Shown here one piece after another: positions 9,102 through 19,629 of a DNA stretch of 64,000 nucleotides. A model generated the notes under the pieces. The model saw only the letters and a program-made list of their open reading frames with translations. It did no database searches and had not been told where the DNA came from. The DNA is from Clostridia bacterium (GTDB lineage: Bacteria; Bacillota; Clostridia; RGIG7378): assembly GCA_045588325.1 (NCBI GenBank), contig JAZNEA010000102.1:1348-65347 (forward strand), read 5' to 3'. Position 1 is the stretch's first letter. Every line of letters begins with the position of its first letter. A program made the translations under genes and the position numbers.

Positions 9102-10626
9102 TCATCTCCTTAAAGCTATCAAGAACCAGCACTGCTCTATTGAGGGCGTTCATATAGGCAAAGGCAGATGCCGCAATCATGTCTGTGTTAATGCCACGAC
9201 CTATAAATCTCCTGCCATCCTTTTCCATGATGAGTCTGACCTCACACAATGACTCCTTACCCTCATCCACAGCCTTAACATCCAGGGATATCATCTTCAT
9301 GCTAATACCAGTCGCCTCCTCAATAGCGCGGAAAAGAGCATCCAGCGGACCATCTCCCGCTGCAGCCTTTAGAACATCTCCACCAGGCATTCCGATATTT
9401 ACTGTAGCAGTAGTGATTGCATTGCTGCCTGATATGGACTGGTAATTCTTTAGCACGTATGTATGGTTTACCTTAGAAGTATATGACTGGGCAATAGCAG
9501 ATATTTCCTTATCCGAAACAGTCTTGCGGAACTCTGCCAACTTCATAAATCTGTTAAAGGCATCGTCCAACTCTTCCTTGGTAAGCTCATGCCCCAACTC
9601 CCTGAGGCGCTCCTCAAATCCATGACGGCCTGACAGTTTGCTGAGCATAAGCTCTCCGCCAGATGTTCGTCCAATCAGGCTAGGATTGAACAACTCGTAA
9701 GTAGATGGATTCTTAAGAACACTATTTTGGTGAATGCCCGACTGGTGTGTAAAGCAGTTGTCACCAACAATTGGCTTATTATGGCCTACGGATAATCCCG
9801 AATATGTGGCAACAGCCTTACAAATATGATAGATATGCTTAGACTTAATGGTATCCTTATAATCCATAAGGTCTGCTCTGACTCTCATTGCAATAGCAAC
9901 CTCCTCTAATGAGGCGTTGCCGGCTCGCTCTCCCATGGCATTGAGAGTACACTCTACGATATCTGCACCTCCCCTGATGCCAGCCAGTGAATTGGCCGTA
10001 GCAAGGCCCAAATCATTGTGACAGTGCACGCTGAGCAGCACATCATCTCCAACCCACTTGCGCACATTGCGAACTAGATCCTCGTATTCCTGGGGCAAGC
10101 AATATCCCACTGTATCCGTGATGTTAATGATGTTGGCACCGGCGTCCAATGCGGTCATATAAACGCTTCTCAAAAATTCTCTGTCTGTCCTTGTGGCATC
10201 CTCAGCAGAAAACTGAATCTGCATTCCGGTTTCGGAAGCATATCCAATAATACTCTTGATGCGTCTTAACATCTCCTCCGGGGTGGTGCCGAACTTATAC
10301 CTAAGGTGGATATCGGAACAGCCAATAATGATGTGAATCTTGGGCTTGCTCGCGTGGGCAAGAGCTCTCGCAGCTGCATCAACATCCTCAACCTTGCATC
10401 TGGCAAGGGAGCATACTGTTGTGTTGGCCTTGGCCTGACGTGCAATCTTGTCTATTGCCTCCATGTCTCCTGCTGATGACGATGCGAATCCTGCTTCAAT
10501 ACAATTAACTCCCAGTCTTTCCAGCAGAGACGCAATTGTGGTCTTTTCTCTGACACTAAAACTAACTCCCGGAGTCTGCTCTCCATCTCTTAGTGTAACA
10601 TCTGTAAATTGAATAATCTTAGACAT
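9085..10626 (-). CDS. 2-isopropylmalate synthase / citramalate synthase family protein
   Basis: 513 aa. The N-terminal HMGL-like TIM barrel (FTDVTLRDGEQTPGVSFS…, HCHNDLGLATANSLAG…) and a LeuA-dimer C-terminal domain are present. The gene is not in a leu operon, so LeuA versus CimA cannot be decided. Confidence 0.8.
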   Translation of the reverse strand: MSKIIQFTDVTLRDGEQTPGVSFSVREKTTIASLLERLGVNCIEAGFASSSAGDMEAIDKIARQAKANTTVCSLARCKVEDVDAAARALAHASKPKIHIIIGCSDIHLRYKFGTTPEEMLRRIKSIIGYASETGMQIQFSAEDATRTDREFLRSVYMTALDAGANIINITDTVGYCLPQEYEDLVRNVRKWVGDDVLLSVHCHNDLGLATANSLAGIRGGADIVECTLNAMGERAGNASLEEVAIAMRVRADLMDYKDTIKSKHIYHICKAVATYSGLSVGHNKPIVGDNCFTHQSGIHQNSVLKNPSTYELFNPSLIGRTSGGELMLSKLSGRHGFEERLRELGHELTKEELDDAFNRFMKLAEFRKTVSDKEISAIAQSYTSKVNHTYVLKNYQSISGSNAITTATVNIGMPGGDVLKAAAGDGPLDALFRAIEEATGISMKMISLDVKAVDEGKESLCEVRLIMEKDGRRFIGRGINTDMIAASAFAYMNALNRAVLVLDSFKEMNDEEE

Positions 10627-10634
10627 ATTTTTCC

Positions 10635-11348
10635 TTAAATGAGTTTGATTGCTGTCTCTAAAGCCAGCCTAATCATATTATTAAATCCTGTCTGCCTCTC
10701 CTCGGGAGAGAGCTGCTCTCCGGTATAAATATGGTCGGAGATTGAGAGGATGGTCAGCGCCTTTTTGTGGGCCTCCGCGGCATTCATATACAGAGCTGCA
10801 GATTCCATCTCTAACCCCAAAACGCCCATGGACTTCCACTTGTCTGCGCCATTTTTATACATGGAATAGAAGTGATCCGAGGCAGATACATTGCCAACCA
10901 TGTACTTGATTCCCAACTGGTCAGCCGTATCTGCAGCTGTGCGCAGCATACCAAAATCGGCTATTGGGCAATACGTCCCCGGCAAATCATACTGATCAGC
11001 ATAATTAGAATCAGTACATGCCCCCTGAGCTAAAACGATATCCTTTAGTTCAAGGTCATCGTGAAGCGCCCCTGCAGAACCTACTCTCATAATGTAATCT
11101 ACATCATAATGGTGGTAAAGCTCATAGGAGTATATGCCTATAGAAGCATTACCCATACCATGGCCCATTACAGATACAGGCTTTCCCTTATATGTTCCAG
11201 TGAACCCCAACATGCCTCTTACTCTGTTAAAACACACGGGGTTATCCAAAAAATTCTCTGCTATATATTGTGCTCTAAGAGGGTCGCCTGGCATGAGAAC
11301 AATCTTAGCAATATCGCCTTTGTTAGCGCTGTTGTGAGGTGTTGACAT
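10635..11348 (-). CDS. deoD: Purine nucleoside phosphorylase, DeoD type
   Basis: 237 aa PNP/UDP phosphorylase family 1 (…IVLMPGDPLRAQYIAE…GMGNASIGIYSYEL…). An RBS AAGGAGG precedes the ATG. Confidence 0.9.
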   Translation of the reverse strand: MSTPHNSANKGDIAKIVLMPGDPLRAQYIAENFLDNPVCFNRVRGMLGFTGTYKGKPVSVMGHGMGNASIGIYSYELYHHYDVDYIMRVGSAGALHDDLELKDIVLAQGACTDSNYADQYDLPGTYCPIADFGMLRTAADTADQLGIKYMVGNVSASDHFYSMYKNGADKWKSMGVLGLEMESAALYMNAAEAHKKALTILSISDHIYTGEQLSPEERQTGFNNMIRLALETAIKLI

Positions 11349-11370
11349 GATATGCCTCCTTTATTTTTAT

Positions 11371-11404
11371 AAAAAAAAGAGCGGCGTAAAAGAATTCGCC
11401 GCTC
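11371..11404 (-). terminator. Intrinsic terminator of ftsZ
   Basis: Minus-strand hairpin GAGCGGCG-aattcttttac-GCCGCTC followed by T8, directly after the ftsZ stop. Confidence 0.7.
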
Positions 11405-11420
11405 TCTGCGTCATGATTAA

Positions 11421-12545
11421 TTACTTACGGATGTTGTTGAGGAAATAAGGGATATCTGGTCCATCATCTGTGGTTGTAGCCTTAGTTGCAGGTCTGGAAT
11501 ATCTATCCTCTGTTGTCTGCTCCTCTGCGGCCTTGGGGGCAGTCCTTGGAATAACGGGCTCCTCTCTGTGTGTTGCTCCGCTAACTGTAGACTGATCAAT
11601 GCCTGTAGCAATAACTGTAACAACGATATCGTCTCCAAGTGTAGGATCAATAGCTGTACCGATAATAATCTCTGCGTCGGGATGAGCAAGAGCTCTGATA
11701 GACTCGGATGCAGAGTAGAAGTCGAACAAGGACATATCCTCGCCACCTGTAACATTAACAAGCACTCTGGTAGCTCCGTCGATGGAAGTCTCCAACAGAG
11801 GGCTGGATACTGCCATAGCTGCTGCATCAGCGGCCTTGTTATCTCCAGAACCAGTACCGATACCCATATGAGCCAGACCGGAATCCTGCATAATGGTCTT
11901 AACATCTGCGAAGTCGAGGATGATAACACCAGGCTTAGTAATCAAATCGGAAATACCCTGGATGCCCTGTCTGAGAACATCGTCTGCAATATTGAATGCC
12001 TTGAGCATGGACATCTTCTTGTCAGCGATCTGCAAGAGCTTGTCATTGGGAATAACAACCAATGAGTCAACATTGTCTCTCAGCTCCTTAATGCCCTCCT
12101 CTGCAGAACGCATTCTGGGCTTACCCTCAAAGGAGAATGGTCTGGTAACAACGGCAACTGTGAGAATACCCATCTCTCTGGCGATGCTAGCAACTACTGG
12201 TGCAGAACCTGTACCTGTGCCGCCGCCCATACCAGCTGTAACGAAAACAAGGTCGGCGCCCTGCAACTTCTGCTTAATGTCCTCTCTGGACTCCTCTGCA
12301 GACTTGCGTCCGATCTCAGGGTTACCGCCTGCTCCAAGTCCCTTGGTGAGCTTCTCTCCAATCTGGAGCTTGTTCTCACAAGAAGAAATGGTGATAGCTT
12401 GTCTATCTGTGTTAACAACGATAAACTCAACTCCATCAACATTGGCCTCAATCATCCTGTTGATGGCATTGTTGCCTGCTCCACCGCAACCAACAACCTT
12501 GATATTAGCAAAAGAGGAATTTAATCCCATATCTAAACCTGACAT
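11421..12545 (-). CDS. ftsZ: Cell division protein FtsZ
   Basis: 374 aa. The tubulin-like GTPase signature GGGTGTG and the N-terminus [17 protein letters not shown] are present. Confidence 0.97.
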   Translation of the reverse strand: MSGLDMGLNSSFANIKVVGCGGAGNNAINRMIEANVDGVEFIVVNTDRQAITISSCENKLQIGEKLTKGLGAGGNPEIGRKSAEESREDIKQKLQGADLVFVTAGMGGGTGTGSAPVVASIAREMGILTVAVVTRPFSFEGKPRMRSAEEGIKELRDNVDSLVVIPNDKLLQIADKKMSMLKAFNIADDVLRQGIQGISDLITKPGVIILDFADVKTIMQDSGLAHMGIGTGSGDNKAADAAAMAVSSPLLETSIDGATRVLVNVTGGEDMSLFDFYSASESIRALAHPDAEIIIGTAIDPTLGDDIVVTVIATGIDQSTVSGATHREEPVIPRTAPKAAEEQTTEDRYSRPATKATTTDDGPDIPYFLNNIRK

Positions 12546-12606
12546 ATCTGGTCCTCCAAATTATAGTCTATTAACCAAGCCATTATATAATAATAAGAGT
12601 GGCATT

Positions 12607-13827
12607 TCAACGATTTTTTCCCTTAAAGAAGTCAAAGAAAGATTTTTTCCTGACGTTTGAGGGTTCCTCGTCCCTTGCAATGAAATCCGCAAACAGCGTC
12701 TGCTTGCCGTATTCGATATTTTCAAAGATATATTCTGCAAGTCCTACGGCCCCGACATTCTCTACCCTGCCACCAAAACTGGCCAGGATCCTACCATTGC
12801 GGCTCTTTTTGCGCATGACGGAATCACACAGCATGGACAAGCCCTCAGTGGAGGATGCTCCAAGTCCTGTGATGACGACAGCATCCGGCTCCTGGCGACC
12901 AAAGTCCTCTCTGGCAACCAGTGTGTCAGCCAGCTCGAAAATTCTAGTATATCTGCTCTCGATAATCCTTACGATATCGGACAACATACAATCCCTGTCA
13001 GCTGCTATGGGTACCATATGATCGTCCTCAATGAGCGAAATAGCAGCCAGTCCATACATCCTACGCAAGGAGTCGGCCTGCTCATAGGTAACATCCAGCT
13101 TAGTAGATATGTCCTTGGTACAATCATCACTGCCCATGGGAATAGTAGAACAGAACACCGGTGTACCATCAAAGAACACGCTGACATCCGTGTGACTGGA
13201 GCCCACATTGATAACGATGGCACCGTCCTGCTTTTCGTCAGTAGTCAGAACTGCATATCCAGTGGCAACACCGGACAGCGAATATCCTACAGCTCTGATC
13301 TGAGTTCTGGAGACAATACTTCTCAACCTGTTCAGGAACGCACGATCTACAACCTGTAACCCCACATTGGCCTGTATGAACGATGTCCTCTTGCCCCAGG
13401 GGAATATGGTGTCCTCTCCATCGTCGTATGCGAATTTGCGTGGAACAACATCCGTTACACAAATGTTTTCTGGAACTGGATAATCATAGCCTGAGGATAC
13501 AATCGAAATAGCATCCGTCTGCTCCATTACCCTCTGGCCAGTTGCAAAGTCCCTCCTGGCTTTTACCTCCATGAGGCCTGACTTTTCTGTGGTAAATGCA
13601 ATATAGGCATCGCTCATCTCAACCTGAGCCTCATCCTTAGCCTCGTAAAATGTATCTGAAATAGCTGCAGCCAAGCGCTCGTCATTCTCGTAGAGGTTCT
13701 TGCCATCTACGGGGAACATGCGGGTTGCCTTGCCCAAAATCTCCAGTTTATCATCAGAATTAACCCTTGCCACAACAGCACTAACGTGGGAAGATCTGAT
13801 ATCAATTGCTCCAATAAATCCTCTCAT
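12607..13827 (-). CDS. ftsA: Cell division protein FtsA
   Basis: 406 aa with an actin-like ATPase fold (SHSP70/FtsA). It sits immediately upstream of ftsZ. Confidence 0.85.
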   Translation of the reverse strand: MRGFIGAIDIRSSHVSAVVARVNSDDKLEILGKATRMFPVDGKNLYENDERLAAAISDTFYEAKDEAQVEMSDAYIAFTTEKSGLMEVKARRDFATGQRVMEQTDAISIVSSGYDYPVPENICVTDVVPRKFAYDDGEDTIFPWGKRTSFIQANVGLQVVDRAFLNRLRSIVSRTQIRAVGYSLSGVATGYAVLTTDEKQDGAIVINVGSSHTDVSVFFDGTPVFCSTIPMGSDDCTKDISTKLDVTYEQADSLRRMYGLAAISLIEDDHMVPIAADRDCMLSDIVRIIESRYTRIFELADTLVAREDFGRQEPDAVVITGLGASSTEGLSMLCDSVMRKKSRNGRILASFGGRVENVGAVGLAEYIFENIEYGKQTLFADFIARDEEPSNVRKKSFFDFFKGKNR

Positions 13828-13839
13828 CCTAACTCCAAC

Positions 13840-14622
13840 CTACTTATATTCCGTAAAGACCGGATTTGTGCCGGCCGTAAAATCCAAATAACCCTTTTGA
13901 CCTTTATTTAAATATTCTAGCAGAATTTCCTTTAGTGTGAACAAGTTTTCCTCTATATTATCCACAGGTCCCACATTAACTGTAATACCATCGGAGGTCA
14001 TCAGGATAATGTCCCCGGATATCTGAATTGAAATCTGGTTAATCCTCCCCAGAACCTCTCTATCCCTGTCTGTGTTATCGACGGCTGTGCTTATTCTGTT
14101 TATAATTCTCAGCTCCTGCTCGGTCACATCCAGATAGCTACCCAAGGTAAAGCTGGTCACGCTACCTCCGTACAACGGGTATTGCTGACTCATACTGTCC
14201 TCAACAGCCAACACCTTGCCCTTAGTATCTACCAGCATGTAAACCTCTCCACATGCCATGTACACCATAGGTTGGCACTCCTGGACTACCACATTCATGT
14301 TAAGACCATCCATGGAGCATTGCACCGAATCTGCGTAAACAAAATTGCTGAGGCATTTTTGCTCCAGGTCCCGTGTGTCCATAAAAAACCAAAGAGATTT
14401 GTATCTGTTCATCACAGCCAGAAGTCTCTCTCCCGGAGTGATGCCCAGAACCTCTTCCACCTGGCTAGGGACAACATATCCATAGCCTGTGGAAACAGAT
14501 ACATTTACCTGTCCAACCCTAATCAAAAGCGCGGCTAAAGTTACGCTAAGCAACAGCACCGCCATCATAGACAGTGCTATTATCTTTTTTATCGTAAGCT
14601 TAAAGCCACCCTTATTCATCAA
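13840..14622 (-). CDS. ftsQ: Cell division protein FtsQ/DivIB
   Basis: 260 aa with an N-terminal TM helix then POTRA-like and FtsQ beta domains. The position between murA and ftsA fits. Confidence 0.7.
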   Translation of the reverse strand: MMNKGGFKLTIKKIIALSMMAVLLLSVTLAALLIRVGQVNVSVSTGYGYVVPSQVEEVLGITPGERLLAVMNRYKSLWFFMDTRDLEQKCLSNFVYADSVQCSMDGLNMNVVVQECQPMVYMACGEVYMLVDTKGKVLAVEDSMSQQYPLYGGSVTSFTLGSYLDVTEQELRIINRISTAVDNTDRDREVLGRINQISIQISGDIILMTSDGITVNVGPVDNIEENLFTLKEILLEYLNKGQKGYLDFTAGTNPVFTEYK

Positions 14623-15874
14623 TCCTGAACACCTCTGCTCCTAATGAGCTTAAATCTCTGCAAATATCCTCGTATCCTCTGTCTATACAGCCAGAATCTC
14701 TCACTATAGTCCTGCCCTCAGCACCAAGCCCAGCCACAATAAGGGCTGCTCCACTACGCAGGTCTGTGGCCCTCACCCTGGCGCCTCTCAATCTATCTAC
14801 GCCGTTTATGATGGCGGTGTCTCCGTGAACCATTATATCCGCCCCCATCCGTTGCAATTCGTCGACATGGCGGAAACGATTCTCAAACACAGTCTCTCTC
14901 ATTACCGATGTGCCTACAGATGATGATAACATGGCCATTGTCTGTGGCTGCATATCTGTTGGGAATCCAGGATATGGACTGCTGGTTATGTTTCTCACGC
15001 GATGGAGCTCTCCGTCAGAAACAACCTGGATCCAATTCTCTCCTATCTCCACATCACATCCTGCACAGCTCAAAACGTCTGATAACGACGCCAACTGGTC
15101 TGGCTCCACAGCTGTCACAGTCACCCGTCCACCTGTTGTGGCTACTGCAGTCATATAGGTTCCTGCCACGATTCTGTCAGCACCTATAGTGTGCTCTGCA
15201 TAATCTACGGCCTCGTGTCTGCCTCCACGGATGGTAATCACTGAGGACCCAGCCCCGGAAACCTCATATCCCAAGGAATTGAGAACCTGTTGCAGTTCAA
15301 CGATTTCTGGCTCTCTCGCCGAGTTGTGAATCTCAGTTATCCCCTTAAGGTTAACTGCGCACAACATTGTGTTTTCTGTGGCGCCTACACTGGGATAATC
15401 CAGCCAAACCGAGTCACCTGACATGCGATGGCCATGAATACCTATTATCCCATCTCCCTCTGTAGTGATGCGGGCCCCCAACGCCTCAAAGGCCTTAAGG
15501 TGCAGGTCTATGGGCCTGGGTCCAATATCGCACCCTCCCGGACTACATATTCTCACCTTACCGCATTTACCCAGAACTGCGCCGGCGAACAATATCCCCG
15601 ACCTCATCTGACAAATTTCACCAAATGAAATGTCTGTCTCCGTTGGATCCCCGGCAAACCTGAGGTAGTTCCCAAAAGATTTGACTTGTCGCCCGCACAT
15701 TTCCAGAACCTTAAGTGTATTGACACAATCTGATATGCGAGGGCAATTAAGAATATCTACACATATATCACAGGTTGCCATTGCGGCAAGGACAGGCAGT
15801 GCGGCGTTTTTGGAACCCTGAATCTGTATGGTCCCATACAATCTGGAGCCACCTTCTACAACATACTCAGTCAT
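14612..15874 (-). CDS. murA: UDP-N-acetylglucosamine 1-carboxyvinyltransferase
   Basis: 420 aa with an EPSP-synthase fold (GSKNAALPVLAA…). The catalytic Cys context PGGCDIGPRPIDLHL is present. Confidence 0.9.
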   Translation of the reverse strand: MTEYVVEGGSRLYGTIQIQGSKNAALPVLAAMATCDICVDILNCPRISDCVNTLKVLEMCGRQVKSFGNYLRFAGDPTETDISFGEICQMRSGILFAGAVLGKCGKVRICSPGGCDIGPRPIDLHLKAFEALGARITTEGDGIIGIHGHRMSGDSVWLDYPSVGATENTMLCAVNLKGITEIHNSAREPEIVELQQVLNSLGYEVSGAGSSVITIRGGRHEAVDYAEHTIGADRIVAGTYMTAVATTGGRVTVTAVEPDQLASLSDVLSCAGCDVEIGENWIQVVSDGELHRVRNITSSPYPGFPTDMQPQTMAMLSSSVGTSVMRETVFENRFRHVDELQRMGADIMVHGDTAIINGVDRLRGARVRATDLRSGAALIVAGLGAEGRTIVRDSGCIDRGYEDICRDLSSLGAEVFRIDE

Positions 15875-15927
15875 AAGCTCTCCCTGAGGGTATATTGCTA
15901 TATACTATTCCGTCAGGGAAAAACTGT

Positions 15928-17280
15928 TCAAAGCTTGTCGTAGAGGGCGTCCTTGGATATGCTCAGCAAAAAGCCCATCATTCCACACATGATAGCCATC
16001 GAACTACCGCCGTAACTAATAAATGGCAGTGTAATTCCTGTGTTTGGAATCAAAGAAGTTACAACCCCCACATTAAACAGGAACTGTAGTCCAATGAGCA
16101 ATGTTATTCCAAAGGCCATAAAGCCTGAGAAATTATCCTTAGAGTATGCCGAAATGGTAAATCCTCTGATGATAAGGAAACCGAACAGGGCGAACACCAG
16201 CATTACTCCTACAAAACCCAACTCCTCTCCAATAATTGGCAGGATAAAGTCGTTGGTTGGTTCTGGCAAATAGGAAAATTTCTGTATGCTGTTTCCTAAT
16301 CCCTTGCCCAACAATCCGCCAGATCCCAGGGCATACAGGGCCTGAGTAGACTGATGTGATGATTCGGCCATGGCAGAAGGGTCCAACAATGCCATGATTC
16401 TGTTCATTCTGTAGTCCGAAAGCGTGATAATTGGGATCAACGCAATAAGGCCACCTAGACATATTGGCATTATCAGCTTTAGCTTCATACCTCCTACAAA
16501 CAAGAGGCCCAAAATGCAGCACATAATGATAACCGTGGCACTGGTGTGGGGCTGAATCAATAAAATTCCAGCTATCAACGCCATAAGTACCAGGTATGGC
16601 AGCAAGACGCCATAGACCTTCCTATTGGGTGTTTTGGGATCACAAAGTATATTTGAATCTTTATGCAGATTGGCTGAAACGAACAAAATCGTAGCAAACT
16701 TCAATATCTCTGAGGGCTGAATCTCAATGCCCGCCAGAGAAATCCATCTGGATGCTCCATTTCTGGTTATTCCAAGGCCAGGCACAAATACGAGGAGGCA
16801 ACTGAGCAACGCTGCAATCATTATAGGCGTCGCAAGCTTATATGCCCTCTTATATCCAAAAAGGTAGCATCCAACTCCCCCTACCAGGCCCATGACAATA
16901 GCTCTGAGCTGTTTCTTGACAAACAAAAAGATACTGCTGGACTCCCAAAGAGAGATGGATTCTCCGGAGCTGATAACCATTATGCTGCCAAATGCAATCA
17001 GCAAAATGACACATATCAGCAGGCCAAAATCCATATGAGGCCGATCCAGCAACCTGAGCTTTTGACCCTTTGCCTTGCCCCAGGCTACCTCACCATCGTC
17101 GCCAAAATCAGGTTTCCGAACAATTGTCCACTGGGCCAACAGGCGCTTAAAGACGGAGAGTTCCTTGTTCTCCTCTGCCTTTGATGCCGTTTGCCTCATC
17201 TCCTGGACATCAATCTGCTCTGCAGGACGTCGCTGGTCCGGATTTTGCTTATTCATTTTTGATCTGTCACGATCTGCCAT
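15928..17280 (-). CDS. ftsW: SEDS-family peptidoglycan glycosyltransferase FtsW/SpoVE, with a ~90-aa cytoplasmic N-terminal extension
   Basis: 450 aa with a 10-TM FtsW/RodA core. It is located in the dcw cluster. Confidence 0.85.
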   Translation of the reverse strand: MADRDRSKMNKQNPDQRRPAEQIDVQEMRQTASKAEENKELSVFKRLLAQWTIVRKPDFGDDGEVAWGKAKGQKLRLLDRPHMDFGLLICVILLIAFGSIMVISSGESISLWESSSIFLFVKKQLRAIVMGLVGGVGCYLFGYKRAYKLATPIMIAALLSCLLVFVPGLGITRNGASRWISLAGIEIQPSEILKFATILFVSANLHKDSNILCDPKTPNRKVYGVLLPYLVLMALIAGILLIQPHTSATVIIMCCILGLLFVGGMKLKLIMPICLGGLIALIPIITLSDYRMNRIMALLDPSAMAESSHQSTQALYALGSGGLLGKGLGNSIQKFSYLPEPTNDFILPIIGEELGFVGVMLVFALFGFLIIRGFTISAYSKDNFSGFMAFGITLLIGLQFLFNVGVVTSLIPNTGITLPFISYGGSSMAIMCGMMGFLLSISKDALYDKL

Positions 17281-17296
17281 GATTAACTCCTAAAAA

Positions 17297-18253
17297 CTAC
17301 AAGTAATAGAGAATTGCAACTGTTATTGCAGAGCCCACCAATGTTACGAGAGAGAAAACAGTAACTATCTTCTTCTCTGACCATTTGCCCAACTCAAAGT
17401 GGTGATGAATTGGAGTCATACGGAAGACTCTCTTGCCTGTTGCCTTAAATACGGCCACCTGAATCATTACAGACAGGCCCTCCACGATAAAGATAACTCC
17501 CATAAATATGGCTAGCACAGGGCCTCCTGTCCTCATCATAAGGGCAGAGAATGCACCTCCCAGAGCCAAAGATCCGGTATCCCCCATGAACACCTTGGCA
17601 GGATGGCGGTTGAATACCAAAAATCCTGTGCATGCGCCTAAAACCATAGCGGAAAACACGGATGCCGATGTATCTGCCAAAACGTATTCAAAAGCAAAGG
17701 TCAGGGAGAACATTGTCACCGCGATTGTAGACGAGGCCAGGCCATCTACCCCATCTGTAAGGTTGACACAATTTGTCACATAGTAGAAAAATGCCAGCAT
17801 AATAACAGCGTATAGCCATCCTGGCATATTCCACACAAAGAAAATGAGATCAATGCCATAGTTGCCGCCTCTTTGCCACATGTCCCATCCTATATATGCT
17901 GCCGCGAAAACTACCAACAGCACTGACTTTTGCCATGCCCTGAGACCATGCTTATTAACCTTAATCTTGACCAGGTCGTCTGCCAGACCAACAACACCCA
18001 TTGCCATAGTGATCAGCAACAGCGGCAGAATATCATAGCTGAAAATCATCGCTACTATGGACGCAATCAACAGGGCCAAGAGAAAGAAAGCTCCACCCAT
18101 TGTTGGGGTACCCTGCTTTTTGAGATGGGACTGAGGTCCCTCCTGTCTCTCACTCTGGCCAAACTTAAGTCTGCGCAAAAGCTCAATCGAAGGCTTGCCC
18201 AGTATAATCGTCAATATATTAACAAGTACAAATAACAGAATCTGATGTCTCAT
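17297..18253 (-). CDS. mraY: Phospho-N-acetylmuramoyl-pentapeptide transferase
   Basis: 318 aa polytopic membrane protein with MraY signature motifs (…NLTDGVDGLA…, …MGDTGSLALGG…). Confidence 0.95.
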   Translation of the reverse strand: MRHQILLFVLVNILTIILGKPSIELLRRLKFGQSERQEGPQSHLKKQGTPTMGGAFFLLALLIASIVAMIFSYDILPLLLITMAMGVVGLADDLVKIKVNKHGLRAWQKSVLLVVFAAAYIGWDMWQRGGNYGIDLIFFVWNMPGWLYAVIMLAFFYYVTNCVNLTDGVDGLASSTIAVTMFSLTFAFEYVLADTSASVFSAMVLGACTGFLVFNRHPAKVFMGDTGSLALGGAFSALMMRTGGPVLAIFMGVIFIVEGLSVMIQVAVFKATGKRVFRMTPIHHHFELGKWSEKKIVTVFSLVTLVGSAITVAILYYL

Positions 18254-18255
18254 TC

Positions 18256-19629
18256 TTATCTATCCCCTAATACCTTGTGCATACACTTCTCCATGCCCAT
18301 GGCACGAGACCCCTTAAATAACAGCGTATCTCCGTATCTGACCAGTCTGGACGCAACATCGCCTGCGGATGATGCATCCTCAGCCTCATAACATGCCTCA
18401 AGACCTGATAACCTGGCCTCCTCTGCCATACAAGCTGCATACTGTCCGGCAGCAACCAACACATTGACTCCAGCGTTGGCGCAATATCTGCCGATCTCCC
18501 TGTGCATCTCCTGTGCCTGGTCTCCCAGCTCATACATATCACCCAAAACCGCGATTCTGCGGCCCTCACAAGGTAAGGAACAAAGGGTATCTATGGCGGC
18601 CTTCATGGACACGGGATTTGCGTTGTATGCATCGTTAATGTACACGATTCCTTCGGACTCCGTCAACTGCATACGGTTGGCCTCTCCTCGGCAATTGGCT
18701 ACACCTTGCTGCATCTCTGCAGGGGTCATATCCAATATTTCTCCAAGGCAAATAGCTGCCATCGCATCATAGATATTGTGCTTACCAGGAATGTGTACTG
18801 TAAACCTCTGGTGCATCGCCACAAATGTGACACCGCTACGTATAATCTCTATTTGAGATGCAGTTCTGTCACAGCTGCGGGCTAAGCCAAAAGTGACAAC
18901 TCTCTGAGGAACCTTGCCCGGCAATGTCCTCAGCATGTCATCGTCTCCATTTACTATGAGGGTTCCAGAGACCTTCATGCCATCTACAACCTCCATTTTT
19001 GCCCTGAATATGCCTCTCCTGCTGCCCAGATTCTCAATATGCGCAACACCGATATTGGATATGACGGCATAATCCGGCCTCGCAATCTTGCTCAGAAGGG
19101 ATATCTCCCCAAAATGGTTCATTCCCATTTCTACAATTGCGTACTCAGTGTCATCAGGAATGGCCAACAGCGTCAATGGCACACCATACTGATTGTTCAG
19201 ATTGCCCTGAGTCTTGGATGTTTTGAATTTTGTGGAAAGTACGCTATATATAAACTCTTTTGTCGTTGTCTTACCTACACTGCCTGTTACAGCGATAACC
19301 TTAGCCCTTAGACTTAGCCTGTACTGTGTGGCCAAATCTGCCATGGCCTGCCAGGTCTCCGCAACCTCAATAGCAGCAACTCCCTCCGGAATTGACACCT
19401 TGGATATATCGAACCTTTCGGCACTATATAAAAAGGCGACAGCGCCATTCTGTATGGCAGACTGAATAAAACTGTGGCCGTCGTTTCGCTCGCCAACAAT
19501 CGGGATATAAAGGCAGTTCTCCGTAACTTTGCGGGAATCAATGGTGACGGAGTTAATTCTCAGTTCTCCGCTACCAAGTGTTATGCGACCTCTTGTGGCA
19601 TCAGAAATATACGAAATGCTAACGTTCAT
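18256..19629 (-). CDS. murF: UDP-N-acetylmuramoyl-tripeptide--D-alanyl-D-alanine ligase
   Basis: 457 aa Mur ligase with the P-loop AVTGSVGKTTTKE. The position after murE fits. Confidence 0.9.
   Translation of the reverse strand: MNVSISYISDATRGRITLGSGELRINSVTIDSRKVTENCLYIPIVGERNDGHSFIQSAIQNGAVAFLYSAERFDISKVSIPEGVAAIEVAETWQAMADLATQYRLSLRAKVIAVTGSVGKTTTKEFIYSVLSTKFKTSKTQGNLNNQYGVPLTLLAIPDDTEYAIVEMGMNHFGEISLLSKIARPDYAVISNIGVAHIENLGSRRGIFRAKMEVVDGMKVSGTLIVNGDDDMLRTLPGKVPQRVVTFGLARSCDRTASQIEIIRSGVTFVAMHQRFTVHIPGKHNIYDAMAAICLGEILDMTPAEMQQGVANCRGEANRMQLTESEGIVYINDAYNANPVSMKAAIDTLCSLPCEGRRIAVLGDMYELGDQAQEMHREIGRYCANAGVNVLVAAGQYAACMAEEARLSGLEACYEAEDASSAGDVASRLVRYGDTLLFKGSRAMGMEKCMHKVLGDR

Noticed and set aside
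11417-12451. Minus-strand ORFs 11417-11929 and 12194-12451 inside ftsZ
   Set aside because: Alternative frames of the ftsZ coding region; Q/L/P-rich nonsense translations.
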